A stretch of 64,000 nt of DNA from Campylobacteraceae bacterium (GTDB lineage Bacteria; Campylobacterota; Campylobacteria; Campylobacterales; Sulfurospirillaceae). The stretch covers positions 23,466 to 87,465 of the forward strand of contig JALSKH010000048.1 in assembly GCA_026988975.1 (NCBI GenBank). The letters are read 5' to 3'. This document shows positions 28,543 through 36,713 of this stretch, piece by piece. The position numbers and the translations under genes were made by a program. The notes under the pieces were generated by a model that was not told where the DNA came from, made no database searches, and was given only the letters and a program-made list of their open reading frames with translations. Position 1 is the first letter of the stretch. Every line of letters begins with the position of its first letter.

Positions 28543-29208
28543 ATGTTAGATAATTATAAAGAGATATTAGAAAAATCAAAAGGTAGAGTCTTAGATTTGG
28601 GTAGAGATGCATTAAGTGCATATGAGTTATCTATCGATGCTTTTATGGAAAAAGATATTAATAAAGCAACTAATGCTATAGAAATGTTGAAAAATTCTCA
28701 TCAAAGAAACAATAAAATAAATAATGAAATTATAAAAACTTTGGCTCTTTTTTCACCAGAAGCTAGAGATCTTAGAGTGGTTATAGCCCATCTTAAAATT
28801 GCAAGTGAATTGACTAGAATTACGGATTATATAAAGTCTTGCGCCAAAAACATAAAGATGCAGATAAGCGGAGAATTTTATCTTGAAAATGTAAGAGACG
28901 ATACTATTTCATATATGCAGAGTTCATTTAAGTCTCTAAAAGTTGCAGTTGCATCTATAAATACAAAAGATGAAGATGAGCTTGAAGAGTTATATAGAGA
29001 GGTAAATGTTGAAGAGTGTAAATGTGATGACATCCACTCTATTTTGGAGCAAAATATCATACAAGAGATATGTTTGACTCCAGAGAGTGCCAGAGATTTT
29101 GTCTCTTTTTTGAAAAGCATGAGAAAACTTGAAAGAATCAGCGATAGAAGTCTCAATATAGTAAAACTCTCTTATTTTGCAGTAAAAGGCGGTAAATTAA
29201 AACTTTGA
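28543..29208 (+). CDS. phoU: phosphate signalling regulator PhoU
   Basis: 221-aa two-repeat helical protein immediately after pstB. Confidence 0.8.
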   Translation: MLDNYKEILEKSKGRVLDLGRDALSAYELSIDAFMEKDINKATNAIEMLKNSHQRNNKINNEIIKTLALFSPEARDLRVVIAHLKIASELTRITDYIKSCAKNIKMQISGEFYLENVRDDTISYMQSSFKSLKVAVASINTKDEDELEELYREVNVEECKCDDIHSILEQNIIQEICLTPESARDFVSFLKSMRKLERISDRSLNIVKLSYFAVKGGKLKL

Positions 29209-29879
29209 TTAATGCAAATATATTGATTATAGAAGATGAAGAGGATCTGCTTGAGCTACTAGAATATCATCTGCAAAAAGCTGGTTTTGGTGCAACTGGT
29301 TTTCTTTCTACTAAAAAAGTGGAAGAGATGATTTGTGAGGAAGATGTAGATTTGCTTATAGTTGATAGAAATCTCCCCGGTGTTGAGGGGAGTGAATTTG
29401 TTAAATATTTAAGAGATAAAGGGTACGAAATCCCTGCTATATTTGTAAGTGCAAAAGATAGCGATGAGCAGATAGAAGAGGGCTTTTTGCGAGGAGGAGA
29501 TGATTATATAACCAAACCTTACAACATAAATGAGCTAATCTTAAGAGTAAAAGCCATACTTCGCAGGACTTCTAGCAAAACAAGTGGTAAAATTGCATAT
29601 AAAGAGTTAGAGATTGACATAGATCAAAGAGAAGTTTTTGTGGGAAATGAAGAGATAGCTCTTAGTAAACTTGAATTTGATCTTTTACTCTATTTTATGG
29701 AAAACAGAGGAGTTGTTTTGGATAGAAACACTCTTTTGGAAGATGTTTGGAAAGATAAAGATTTCAAACAAGAAAAAACAGTAAATGTGACTGTGAACCG
29801 CCTTAGAAAAAAGATAGATCCTCAAAATCAAAAGTATTATTTAGAGTCGATCAGAGGTGTAGGATATAAGTTTTGTTAA
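29205..29879 (+). CDS. OmpR-family response regulator (PhoB/PhosR-like)
   Basis: Receiver domain (LIIEDEEDL...DLLIVDRNLPG) plus a winged-helix C-terminus (RGVGYKF). Lies in the pst operon context. Confidence 0.85.
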   Translation: MINANILIIEDEEDLLELLEYHLQKAGFGATGFLSTKKVEEMICEEDVDLLIVDRNLPGVEGSEFVKYLRDKGYEIPAIFVSAKDSDEQIEEGFLRGGDDYITKPYNINELILRVKAILRRTSSKTSGKIAYKELEIDIDQREVFVGNEEIALSKLEFDLLLYFMENRGVVLDRNTLLEDVWKDKDFKQEKTVNVTVNRLRKKIDPQNQKYYLESIRGVGYKFC

Positions 29880-31270
29880 GATTAAATCAGCTCTATTTTC
29901 GTAACTTTTTTCTTCTTTTTTTAGGCACAATTTTGGTTATATCAGCTTCTGGTTACTTTTTGCTAGAGAAGATAGAGATAAACAACCATAGATTGATGCT
30001 GAAAAATATGATAAATGAGTTTGTTTTAATGAATAATAAAACAACAGATATAAACTCTCTCATAGCTAAAATACACAAAAATACACAAGCTAGAGTAACA
30101 ATCATCGATAAAAATGGAGTCGTTAAGTTTGAGAGCAATAGATCTACAAAAGGGATGGAAAATCATCTCCATAGACCAGAAATAGAGCAGTCACTAAAAC
30201 ACGAATTTGGATCTAGCGTTAGGCATTCAGTGAGTGTTGGTGTTGATTTTTTGTATGTTGCAAAAAGGGTTGATGACCATTTTATACGCATGGCATATTC
30301 ATTGGGTCAGATAAAGAGTAAATTTTTAAGATTTTGGCTTACTACAATCGCACTTTTTTCATTGGTTTTGTTTGTGTCTCTGTTTATCGCTTGGAGGATA
30401 AATAAAAAGATAACTTTTGATCTTAAAGCCATAAATGAGAGTTTGGAAAATTTGCTAAAAAAGAATTATGAGAGAGATTTTAACTCTGTTAAGTGTTGCA
30501 AAGAGTTTGATATCATCTCAAAAAGGATAGAGAAAGTATCTAGAAGACTAGAAAAAAGAGACAAGCAGAAAAACAAATATACAAAAAAATTAAAAGAACT
30601 CAGTAAAAAGCAGGGAGATATCATATCTGCGATTAGCCATGAATTTAAAAATCCAATCGCAGCAGTCATGGGATACGCTCAAAGTGTTAAAGATGACGAT
30701 ATGCTAAGCCATGAGATAAGAGATAAATTTTTGGATAAAGTGATAAAAAATGCTCATAAGATTTCAAATATGATAGATAGATTGGCAATGGCTATCAAAT
30801 TTGAAAATGATACTTTTATACCAGAATTTTCAAAGTTTAAACTTCTAAGTTTAATTGAAGATGTAAAAGAGACACTTTTGCAAAAGTATAGAGGTAGAGA
30901 CATAATGATAGCCGTAGAAGATATCTATATAAATGCAGACAGAGTTATGTTTGAAAATTTACTTATAAACTTAATGGAAAATGCTCTAAAATATTCCGAG
31001 GACACTGTACATGTAGAGCTTAAAAATTCAGAACTATCTATCAACGATAGTGGAATCGGCATAGAAGAAGAGGACATAAACAACATAACAAAACGCTTCT
31101 TCAGAGTGGATTCGCTAACATGGGACAACTCCATAGGAGTAGGGCTATATATAGTAAAATACATACTAAAACTTCACAATAGTGAGCTAGAAATCAAAAG
31201 TAAAATTGGAGTAGGATCCAAGTTTTATTTTGATATAAAGTACCTAACCATAAGTAAAACCAACCAATAG
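29873..31270 (+). CDS. sensor histidine kinase (PhoR/PhosS-like)
   Basis: Two TM helices, H-box SHEFKNP, N, G1 and G2 boxes (NDSGIGI, GVGLYIV). The last 11 codons lie inside the left arm of element B1. Confidence 0.85.
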   Translation: MLRLNQLYFRNFFLLFLGTILVISASGYFLLEKIEINNHRLMLKNMINEFVLMNNKTTDINSLIAKIHKNTQARVTIIDKNGVVKFESNRSTKGMENHLHRPEIEQSLKHEFGSSVRHSVSVGVDFLYVAKRVDDHFIRMAYSLGQIKSKFLRFWLTTIALFSLVLFVSLFIAWRINKKITFDLKAINESLENLLKKNYERDFNSVKCCKEFDIISKRIEKVSRRLEKRDKQKNKYTKKLKELSKKQGDIISAISHEFKNPIAAVMGYAQSVKDDDMLSHEIRDKFLDKVIKNAHKISNMIDRLAMAIKFENDTFIPEFSKFKLLSLIEDVKETLLQKYRGRDIMIAVEDIYINADRVMFENLLINLMENALKYSEDTVHVELKNSELSINDSGIGIEEEDINNITKRFFRVDSLTWDNSIGVGLYIVKYILKLHNSELEIKSKIGVGSKFYFDIKYLTISKTNQ

Positions 31271-31507
31271 CAAAAAGATAATGGTGCGAGTACAAGGCAG
31301 ATTTTCGTAGGACTAGCCATAGCTAATTCAAGAAAATCTAACGCCGTAATCGTGCCATTATCTTTTTGTCCGAAGGAAAGTTAGTAAAACACTCATCTGC
31401 TGCGTTAGAAACTCTTGATGTACAATAAGTACACCTGCGAATTTCTGCCTTGCATATAAGTGCTTTACTAGCTTCTATTGGTTGGCTTTACTTATGGTTA
31501 GGTACTT
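31238..31507 (+). mobile_element. Family B structured MITE-like element, copy B1
   Basis: 33-bp terminal inverted repeats (31238-31270 and 31475-31507, one mismatch). The 204-nt core forms two long hairpins (31271-31368 and about 31373-31474). It shares motifs and spacing with B2. Confidence 0.8.
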
Positions 31508-32676
31508 AGCAAACTCAAAACTGATATATAGGGTATGAAGATCATAGAGCTTATAAATACTAAGTAGGTTACCACTGTTGGTTTGCAATCAAATAGACTA
31601 GCTAGACTTACATTTGTTATGGCTAGAGGCACTATTAGCTCTAGTATGGTGATATTTAGTGGTAGTTTTTCAAGATGAAAAAGATATAAAATCAGCCATG
31701 CTATCAGGGGAATGAGTAGAAATTTGAGAGATAGAACAGTGCTTAAAATTTTTACACTTATCTCTTTAAATTTTATACCTTTTAGAAATATACCAAGAAT
31801 TATAAGCTGCATCACAATTGCTGTGTATGAGCCCATCTCTAAAGTTTTATATAGGCTTACATTTAACTTTACATCTAGAAAGTTAAAAATTAAAGCGATA
31901 AAAGAAGCTCATATAATCGGCATTTTAAAGACATTTAATACCGACATTTTTATGCTGTAACTTCCTCTAGAGTATATATAAACTCCAACTGTATATACAA
32001 AAAGCATGCTTACTGTATTGATTAAACTTGTGTATATGATGGATGATTTTGAAAAGAGGACGATTCCAAGCGGTATGCCTATGCTTCCTGTTATGCCTGT
32101 TACGCTTGACATTGAGACTATCGATATATCTTTTGGATTGGTGAAGAGTCTCTTTGCGATACTACTCGAAACGATCAGTGCGATTAGTGTGATCAAAATA
32201 TATAAAAAAGGGACTTTTAAAATACTTATATCTATCTTTTGTGTTAATAACTGACCTTACGCACTATAAGCACACCTAGGCAGAATGAGAAAGTATCATA
32301 TGCGAGGCAGTTTGCTTTTAGCGTAGCCGTAGCTACGGTAGAAGTAAACTAACGAAGCAGATGGTGCTTTATCATTCTGCCCTACGGATGATAAAATTTG
32401 CACCCTACTGCTGCGTCAGCATAGCTTCATAGTAGTATAACTACAATTTTGCTATACTTCCTTGCATTAGAGTGCAACTTTTATCACCTAGGTGTGCTTA
32501 TAGTGCGTAAGGTCAGTTAATAATCCCCAAAAAGAGAGGGTTGGCAATAAGAAATAGACATTTAATTTTACGATACTTTTTTCATTCAGCTCATCTTTGA
32601 GTATAACTTTGGCAATGTACCCAATAAGCACAAAAAAATATATAGAAATGATAGAAAAAAAATTATCTAGAAAAAT
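31498..32676 (-). pseudogene. AEC (auxin efflux carrier) family transporter, disrupted
   Basis: The N-terminal part (32524-32676, FLDNFFSIISIYFFVLIGYIAK...LSFWGLL) and the downstream parts (31498-32243) are colinear once B2 and one TSD copy are removed. There is also an in-frame TGA at 31909-31911, and the conserved N-terminus has no ATG (only ATT at 32674-32676). Confidence 0.85.
32251..32516 (+). mobile_element. Family B structured MITE-like element, copy B2, inserted in the AEC transporter gene
   Basis: Perfect 30-bp terminal inverted repeats CTGACCTTACGCACTATAAGCACACCTAGG (32251-32280 and 32487-32516). Flanked by the direct repeat TTAATAA (32244-32250 and 32517-32523). Removing it restores the reading frame ...SFWGLLTQKIDIS.... 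Confidence 0.9.
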
Positions 32677-32732
32677 AGTTACTCCTTATCAAACTTCTCT
32701 TAAAAGAAGCTTGATAACATTTTACCAAATCT

Positions 32733-32748
32733 TGGAACATATATTGCT
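32733..32748 (+). promoter_or_regulatory. sigma54 (RpoN)-type promoter for flgI
   Basis: TGGAAC-N5-TTGCT, with GG and GC separated by 10 nt. The GC dinucleotide lies about 33 nt upstream of the flgI ATG. Confidence 0.65.
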
Positions 32749-32779
32749 TTATATTTGGCAATATTACAAAAGGTTGGTA

Positions 32780-33835
32780 ATGAAACTACTTATTTCCATT
32801 TTATTTCTGTTTTTAAATATCTCTTTTTTGCAAGCCGAAAAGATAAAAGATATAGCAAATATCATAGGTGTTAGAGATAACCAACTCATTGGTTATGGTT
32901 TGGTTGTTGGATTAAATGGCACAGGTGATGGAAGTTCTTCAAAATTTACTCTACAATCTTTATCAAATCTACTTCAAACCGTAAATGTCAAAATCGCTCC
33001 TGCAGATATAAAATCAAAAAATATAGCTGCCGTCATTGTTACAACAAAACTCCCACCATTTGCAAGACAAGGGGATAAATTAGATGTTGTTATCTCTTCC
33101 ATAGGCGATGCAAAATCTCTTCAAGGCGGTACGCTTTTGATGACTGCTTTAAAAGGAGTTGATGGAAAGATATATGCACTTTCTCAAGGCTCTGTAACGA
33201 TTGGCGGAATGAATGGCAAAGGTGGAGGACAGGCAAATCACGCAACAAATGGCGGTATATTTAGTGGGGCTATCGTTGAGAGAGATGTGGCGTATGATAT
33301 ATATGATCAAAAATTTGCAAATCTAAGTTTAAAAAAATCAAACTTTAATACTGCTGTAAATATTCAAAAGGCGATAAACTCTTTTTATGACGAAAAGATA
33401 GCAACTGCGTTGGATCCCCGAACAATAAGATTGGAAAAACCTAAAGATATGTCTATGGTAGAGTTTCTTGCAAAAGTACAAAATATAGATGTAAAATACC
33501 AAAAAGAGGAGAAGATAGTCATAGATGAGAGAACAGGTACGATAGTCAGTGGTATAAATATACATGTAAGTCCTGTTATCATAACTCATGGTGATATAAC
33601 CATAAAGATAGAGCCTAGAAAAAATATTTCAAACAGTAAAAATGGTGTAAATATGAAAGATGGTGTAAGCATAGCGGTAAACCAAAATCAACTGAATATG
33701 AAAACAGATGAGATAACAGTGGCAAACATAACAAGAGCCCTACACAAGTTAGGTGCCAAACCAAAAGATATAATTTCGATTTTGGAAAACATCAAAAGAG
33801 CAGGTGCGATAGACGCAAAGTTGGAGGTGATATAG
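32780..33835 (+). CDS. flgI: flagellar P-ring protein FlgI
   Basis: Signal peptide MKLLISILFLFLNISFLQA, then IKDIANIIGVRDNQLIGYGLVVGLNGTGD. The 32597 start in the ORF track would add a non-homologous extension across the promoter. Confidence 0.9.
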   Translation: MKLLISILFLFLNISFLQAEKIKDIANIIGVRDNQLIGYGLVVGLNGTGDGSSSKFTLQSLSNLLQTVNVKIAPADIKSKNIAAVIVTTKLPPFARQGDKLDVVISSIGDAKSLQGGTLLMTALKGVDGKIYALSQGSVTIGGMNGKGGGQANHATNGGIFSGAIVERDVAYDIYDQKFANLSLKKSNFNTAVNIQKAINSFYDEKIATALDPRTIRLEKPKDMSMVEFLAKVQNIDVKYQKEEKIVIDERTGTIVSGINIHVSPVIITHGDITIKIEPRKNISNSKNGVNMKDGVSIAVNQNQLNMKTDEITVANITRALHKLGAKPKDIISILENIKRAGAIDAKLEVI

Positions 33836-34129
33836 ATGTTAAACAGTGTTGATAATTCAGTAGCGTATTCATATGCAAATGCCCTACATGTACCAAAAGA
33901 TTTAAGCAGTTTAAATGATAAAAAACTAAAAGAAGAGACAGATAAATTTGAAGCATTTTTTATAAAAAAGATACTAGATGTTTCGATTAAGCACGAAGAT
34001 GGACTTTTTGGCAAAGATGCTGGAGATAAGATATATAGTTCCATGTATAATGATGCGATAAGCAACCAAATGGGTGGAAAGTTTGGCTTTAGTCAAATGT
34101 TATATGATTTTTTAAAATCAAGGAGTTAA
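33836..34129 (+). CDS. flgJ: rod-binding protein (FlgJ N-terminal-domain-like)
   Basis: 97 aa with FEAFFIKKIL...MYNDAISNQM...GFSQMLYDFL, typical of the rod-binding domain. No muramidase domain. Confidence 0.75.
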   Translation: MLNSVDNSVAYSYANALHVPKDLSSLNDKKLKEETDKFEAFFIKKILDVSIKHEDGLFGKDAGDKIYSSMYNDAISNQMGGKFGFSQMLYDFLKSRS

Positions 34130-34133
34130 ATAT

Positions 34134-34159
34134 TAAAGTTTTACCATTTTTGCCGATAT
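34134..34159 (+). promoter_or_regulatory. sigma28 (FliA)-type promoter for flgM-flgN-flgK
   Basis: TAAAGTTT-N10-GCCGATAT, about 55 nt upstream of the flgM ATG. Confidence 0.7.
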
Positions 34160-34212
34160 ATGCTATAAGAATAGAAAAATTACCTATCAAAGGGTAAGGC
34201 AAAGGCTATAAA

Positions 34213-34410
34213 ATGGTTTCAAAAGTTGGTGTCGGAAGTATGACATACTTGCAAAATATGCAAGGTACAAAGGACAAAAAAGGCGTAGCGCCTACACAAA
34301 AAACTAAAGAGTTAGATAGAGTAGAGAGTATCAAAGAACAGATAAAAAATGGTACTTATCAGTTAGATATGAACAAAACTGCACAAGCAGTTTCGGATGA
34401 ACTCATCTAG
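34213..34410 (+). CDS. flgM: anti-sigma-28 factor FlgM
   Basis: 65 aa with the C-terminal IKEQIKNGTYQLDMNKTAQAVSDEL motif. Its position after flgJ matches Campylobacter. Confidence 0.75.
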   Translation: MVSKVGVGSMTYLQNMQGTKDKKGVAPTQKTKELDRVESIKEQIKNGTYQLDMNKTAQAVSDELI

Positions 34411-34430
34411 CCCTTAGATAAGGGAAATAA

Positions 34431-34859
34431 ATGTTATTGCACTATCTTGCAAGTTCAATTGATGATATAGATAATTTAATAGAGTTAACCAAAAAAGATA
34501 TAGAAGATATAAAAGAGGCAAATCATGAGCTTGTTTTTGAGCGAACCAAAATCAAAAATGACCTCGTCAAATCTTTTGAAAACAAAAAGTCTCTTTTGGA
34601 TAATGAGCTTATAAAACTTGTAAATGATAGTGAAGATTCAGATCTTGAGAAAATTCTTCAAGAAAAAGAGAAAAAACTCTTAAATGATATGAAATTAAAA
34701 TTAGGTGAACTCAAAGATTTAAATAAAAAATATGCAAAATTTGTGGTAATCATAAGCGAATTTTACAATACACTGCTAGACAAAGTATTTCCATGCGAGA
34801 TGGATGGATATAATAAAACGCACAGTAAACCAGCAAGCATACTAAAAGTGAGTGCATAA
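34431..34859 (+). CDS. flgN: flagellar chaperone FlgN-like protein
   Basis: 142-aa helical protein directly upstream of flgK and overlapping its start. Confidence 0.65.
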   Translation: MLLHYLASSIDDIDNLIELTKKDIEDIKEANHELVFERTKIKNDLVKSFENKKSLLDNELIKLVNDSEDSDLEKILQEKEKKLLNDMKLKLGELKDLNKKYAKFVVIISEFYNTLLDKVFPCEMDGYNKTHSKPASILKVSA

Positions 34860-36712
34860 TGAGCCTTTTTAGTACTCTAGGAACTGGATATTCTGGACTC
34901 TCTGCAGCAGAAGTGGCAACTGCGACAACAGGTCACAATATAGCAAATGCAAATACAGAGGGCTACACAAGACAAAGAGTTATAACAAAAGCTTCTACGC
35001 CATTGCGCACAATACCAGGTGATGTTGGTCAGGGTGTTAAGGTTGATCAAATTGTTAGGATCCATGATGAGTATGTCTATTCGAGATTGAAGGATAGTTC
35101 AAACAGACTCTCTCATGATGATTATATGCAGCAAACCTTAAATGAAGTGGCAAAACAGTTTCCAGATTTGCAAGATTTGGGAGTTGCTCAGGATTTGACA
35201 AACTATTTTAACTCTTGGAATGATTTAGCATCAAACAGTAACTCTGGTTCACAAAAAATAGCACTTGTTCAATCAGCTTCAACACTCGCAGCAAATGTAA
35301 ATAGCACAAGAGATACTCTTAGAAATTTACAAAATTCCATAAATGACCAACTGAAAACTAACATTGATGAGATAAACTCAATGGGGAAACAGATAGTAGA
35401 TATAAATAAAAATATCGCAAAAGTGGAGAGTGTAAAAGGAAACCATGCGAATGATTTAAGAGACCAAAGAGATAAGCTAGAGCTTACAATGTCAAAAATG
35501 CTAGATGTTTCAGCTTTCAAATCTCAACTAACTACACAAAATACAGTAGATGCAAATGCAACAGATCAAGGTAGGGATTATCATCTAAATATAGCCGGTA
35601 ACTCTTTTGTAGATGGTTTTAGTTTTCATCCATTGGTTATCGACAATAGTGGAAATGCAAGCAACTACTACTCTATATATTCGCAAAGTCAAGATGGCAC
35701 AAGATATGATATAACAGACCATATAAATGGTGGAAAAATAGGAGCTATGCTAGATATAAGAGGAAGAATTATAGATAAAAATTCCAACGGAGGCTTTCCT
35801 AGCGATGGAAAACTTCAAGGATATATCGATGATTTAGATACTTTTGCCAACTCTCTTATAGTGCAGACGAACAATATATATGCAAAAAGTGCTTCAAAAG
35901 AGATGATTTCTCCTGCTCATGAAAATTTAAAAGATAATAGTGCTTTGGTGGATTCTGATTTGAATGTGCAAAAGGGAAGTTTTGATTTGGTCATGTATGA
36001 CAATAATGGTGTAGAAGTTGGAAGAAAAACGATCACTATAAATGGTTTAACAACAATGAATGACAATACTTTAGGCGATAGTATTGAAAAACAGATTAAT
36101 AGTAACAGTGATGACAATAGTGATAATAACTCAACAAATGATATAAGTGACTATTTTAATGCAAGTTATGATCCAAGTGGAGTTTTTTCAATCACTCCAG
36201 ACCCAGATCATAAAAATGAAGGCTATAGCATATCCTTTGAAGATAATGGTACAAATTTTCCAGGAGCCATCGGTATAAGTCAGTTTTTTACTGGTGATAG
36301 TGCTAAAAATATAGCAGTAAAATCCACATATACAGAAGATCCTAGTAAAATGCAAGGCTACAAAGCTCCGGTAAGTGGAAACAATGATGTTGCAAACGAT
36401 ATGGTGCAACTCCAATACGACAAAGTTGATTTTTATAGAGCAAACGGAACAACAAACAATGATACGCTAAATGGATTTTATAGTTTTGTTACGACAAATA
36501 TAGCAACTGATGGTGAAAGTGCTGGAAGAGAAAAAGAGACATCACAAGCACTATTTAACACGGTTCAGTCAGAATTTGCATCTATCAGTGGGGTTAGCAC
36601 TGATGAAGAACTTACAAATCTTATAAAATTTCAAACTGCTTACGGAGCTAATGCGAAAGTCATAACTACGGTAGATCGAATGTTAAATACACTCCTAGGA
36701 ATCAAACAGTAA
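34859..36712 (+). CDS. flgK: flagellar hook-associated protein 1 FlgK
   Basis: N-terminus GLSAAEVATATTGHNIANANTEGYTRQRV and C-terminus EELTNLIKFQTAYGANAKVITTVDRML. Confidence 0.9.
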   Translation: MSLFSTLGTGYSGLSAAEVATATTGHNIANANTEGYTRQRVITKASTPLRTIPGDVGQGVKVDQIVRIHDEYVYSRLKDSSNRLSHDDYMQQTLNEVAKQFPDLQDLGVAQDLTNYFNSWNDLASNSNSGSQKIALVQSASTLAANVNSTRDTLRNLQNSINDQLKTNIDEINSMGKQIVDINKNIAKVESVKGNHANDLRDQRDKLELTMSKMLDVSAFKSQLTTQNTVDANATDQGRDYHLNIAGNSFVDGFSFHPLVIDNSGNASNYYSIYSQSQDGTRYDITDHINGGKIGAMLDIRGRIIDKNSNGGFPSDGKLQGYIDDLDTFANSLIVQTNNIYAKSASKEMISPAHENLKDNSALVDSDLNVQKGSFDLVMYDNNGVEVGRKTITINGLTTMNDNTLGDSIEKQINSNSDDNSDNNSTNDISDYFNASYDPSGVFSITPDPDHKNEGYSISFEDNGTNFPGAIGISQFFTGDSAKNIAVKSTYTEDPSKMQGYKAPVSGNNDVANDMVQLQYDKVDFYRANGTTNNDTLNGFYSFVTTNIATDGESAGREKETSQALFNTVQSEFASISGVSTDEELTNLIKFQTAYGANAKVITTVDRMLNTLLGIKQ

Positions 36713-36713
36713 A

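Noticed and set aside
31271-31474. Family B core considered as a bridge RNA, omega/reRNA, retron msr-msd or group II intron remnant
   Set aside because: No IS110-type recombinase, TnpB/IscB, reverse transcriptase or intron-encoded protein lies in or beside either copy. B2 has classical terminal inverted repeats plus a target duplication, which fits a cut-and-paste MITE. I see no group II domain V or retron branching-G context. The conserved internal loops remain unexplained.
31909-31911. In-frame TGA in the AEC transporter considered as selenocysteine or Trp recoding
   Set aside because: The gene carries other inactivating lesions (the B2 insertion and no canonical start). TGA terminates other genes in the window. 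I see no obvious SECIS-like hairpin immediately downstream. A nonsense mutation is the simplest explanation.
32244-32523. Family B or A elements considered as integron attC sites
   Set aside because: The ends do not fit the RYYYAAC/GTTRRRY core sites and no intI gene or cassette array is present. The elements also show the opposite conservation pattern to attC: sequence-conserved interior with variable outer stem.
32597-32779. The upstream TTG start (32597) given by the ORF track for flgI
   Set aside because: The extra 61 residues are not FlgI-like. They overlap the 5' end of the divergent AEC gene and the sigma54-type promoter. The Sec signal peptide begins at the ATG at 32780.
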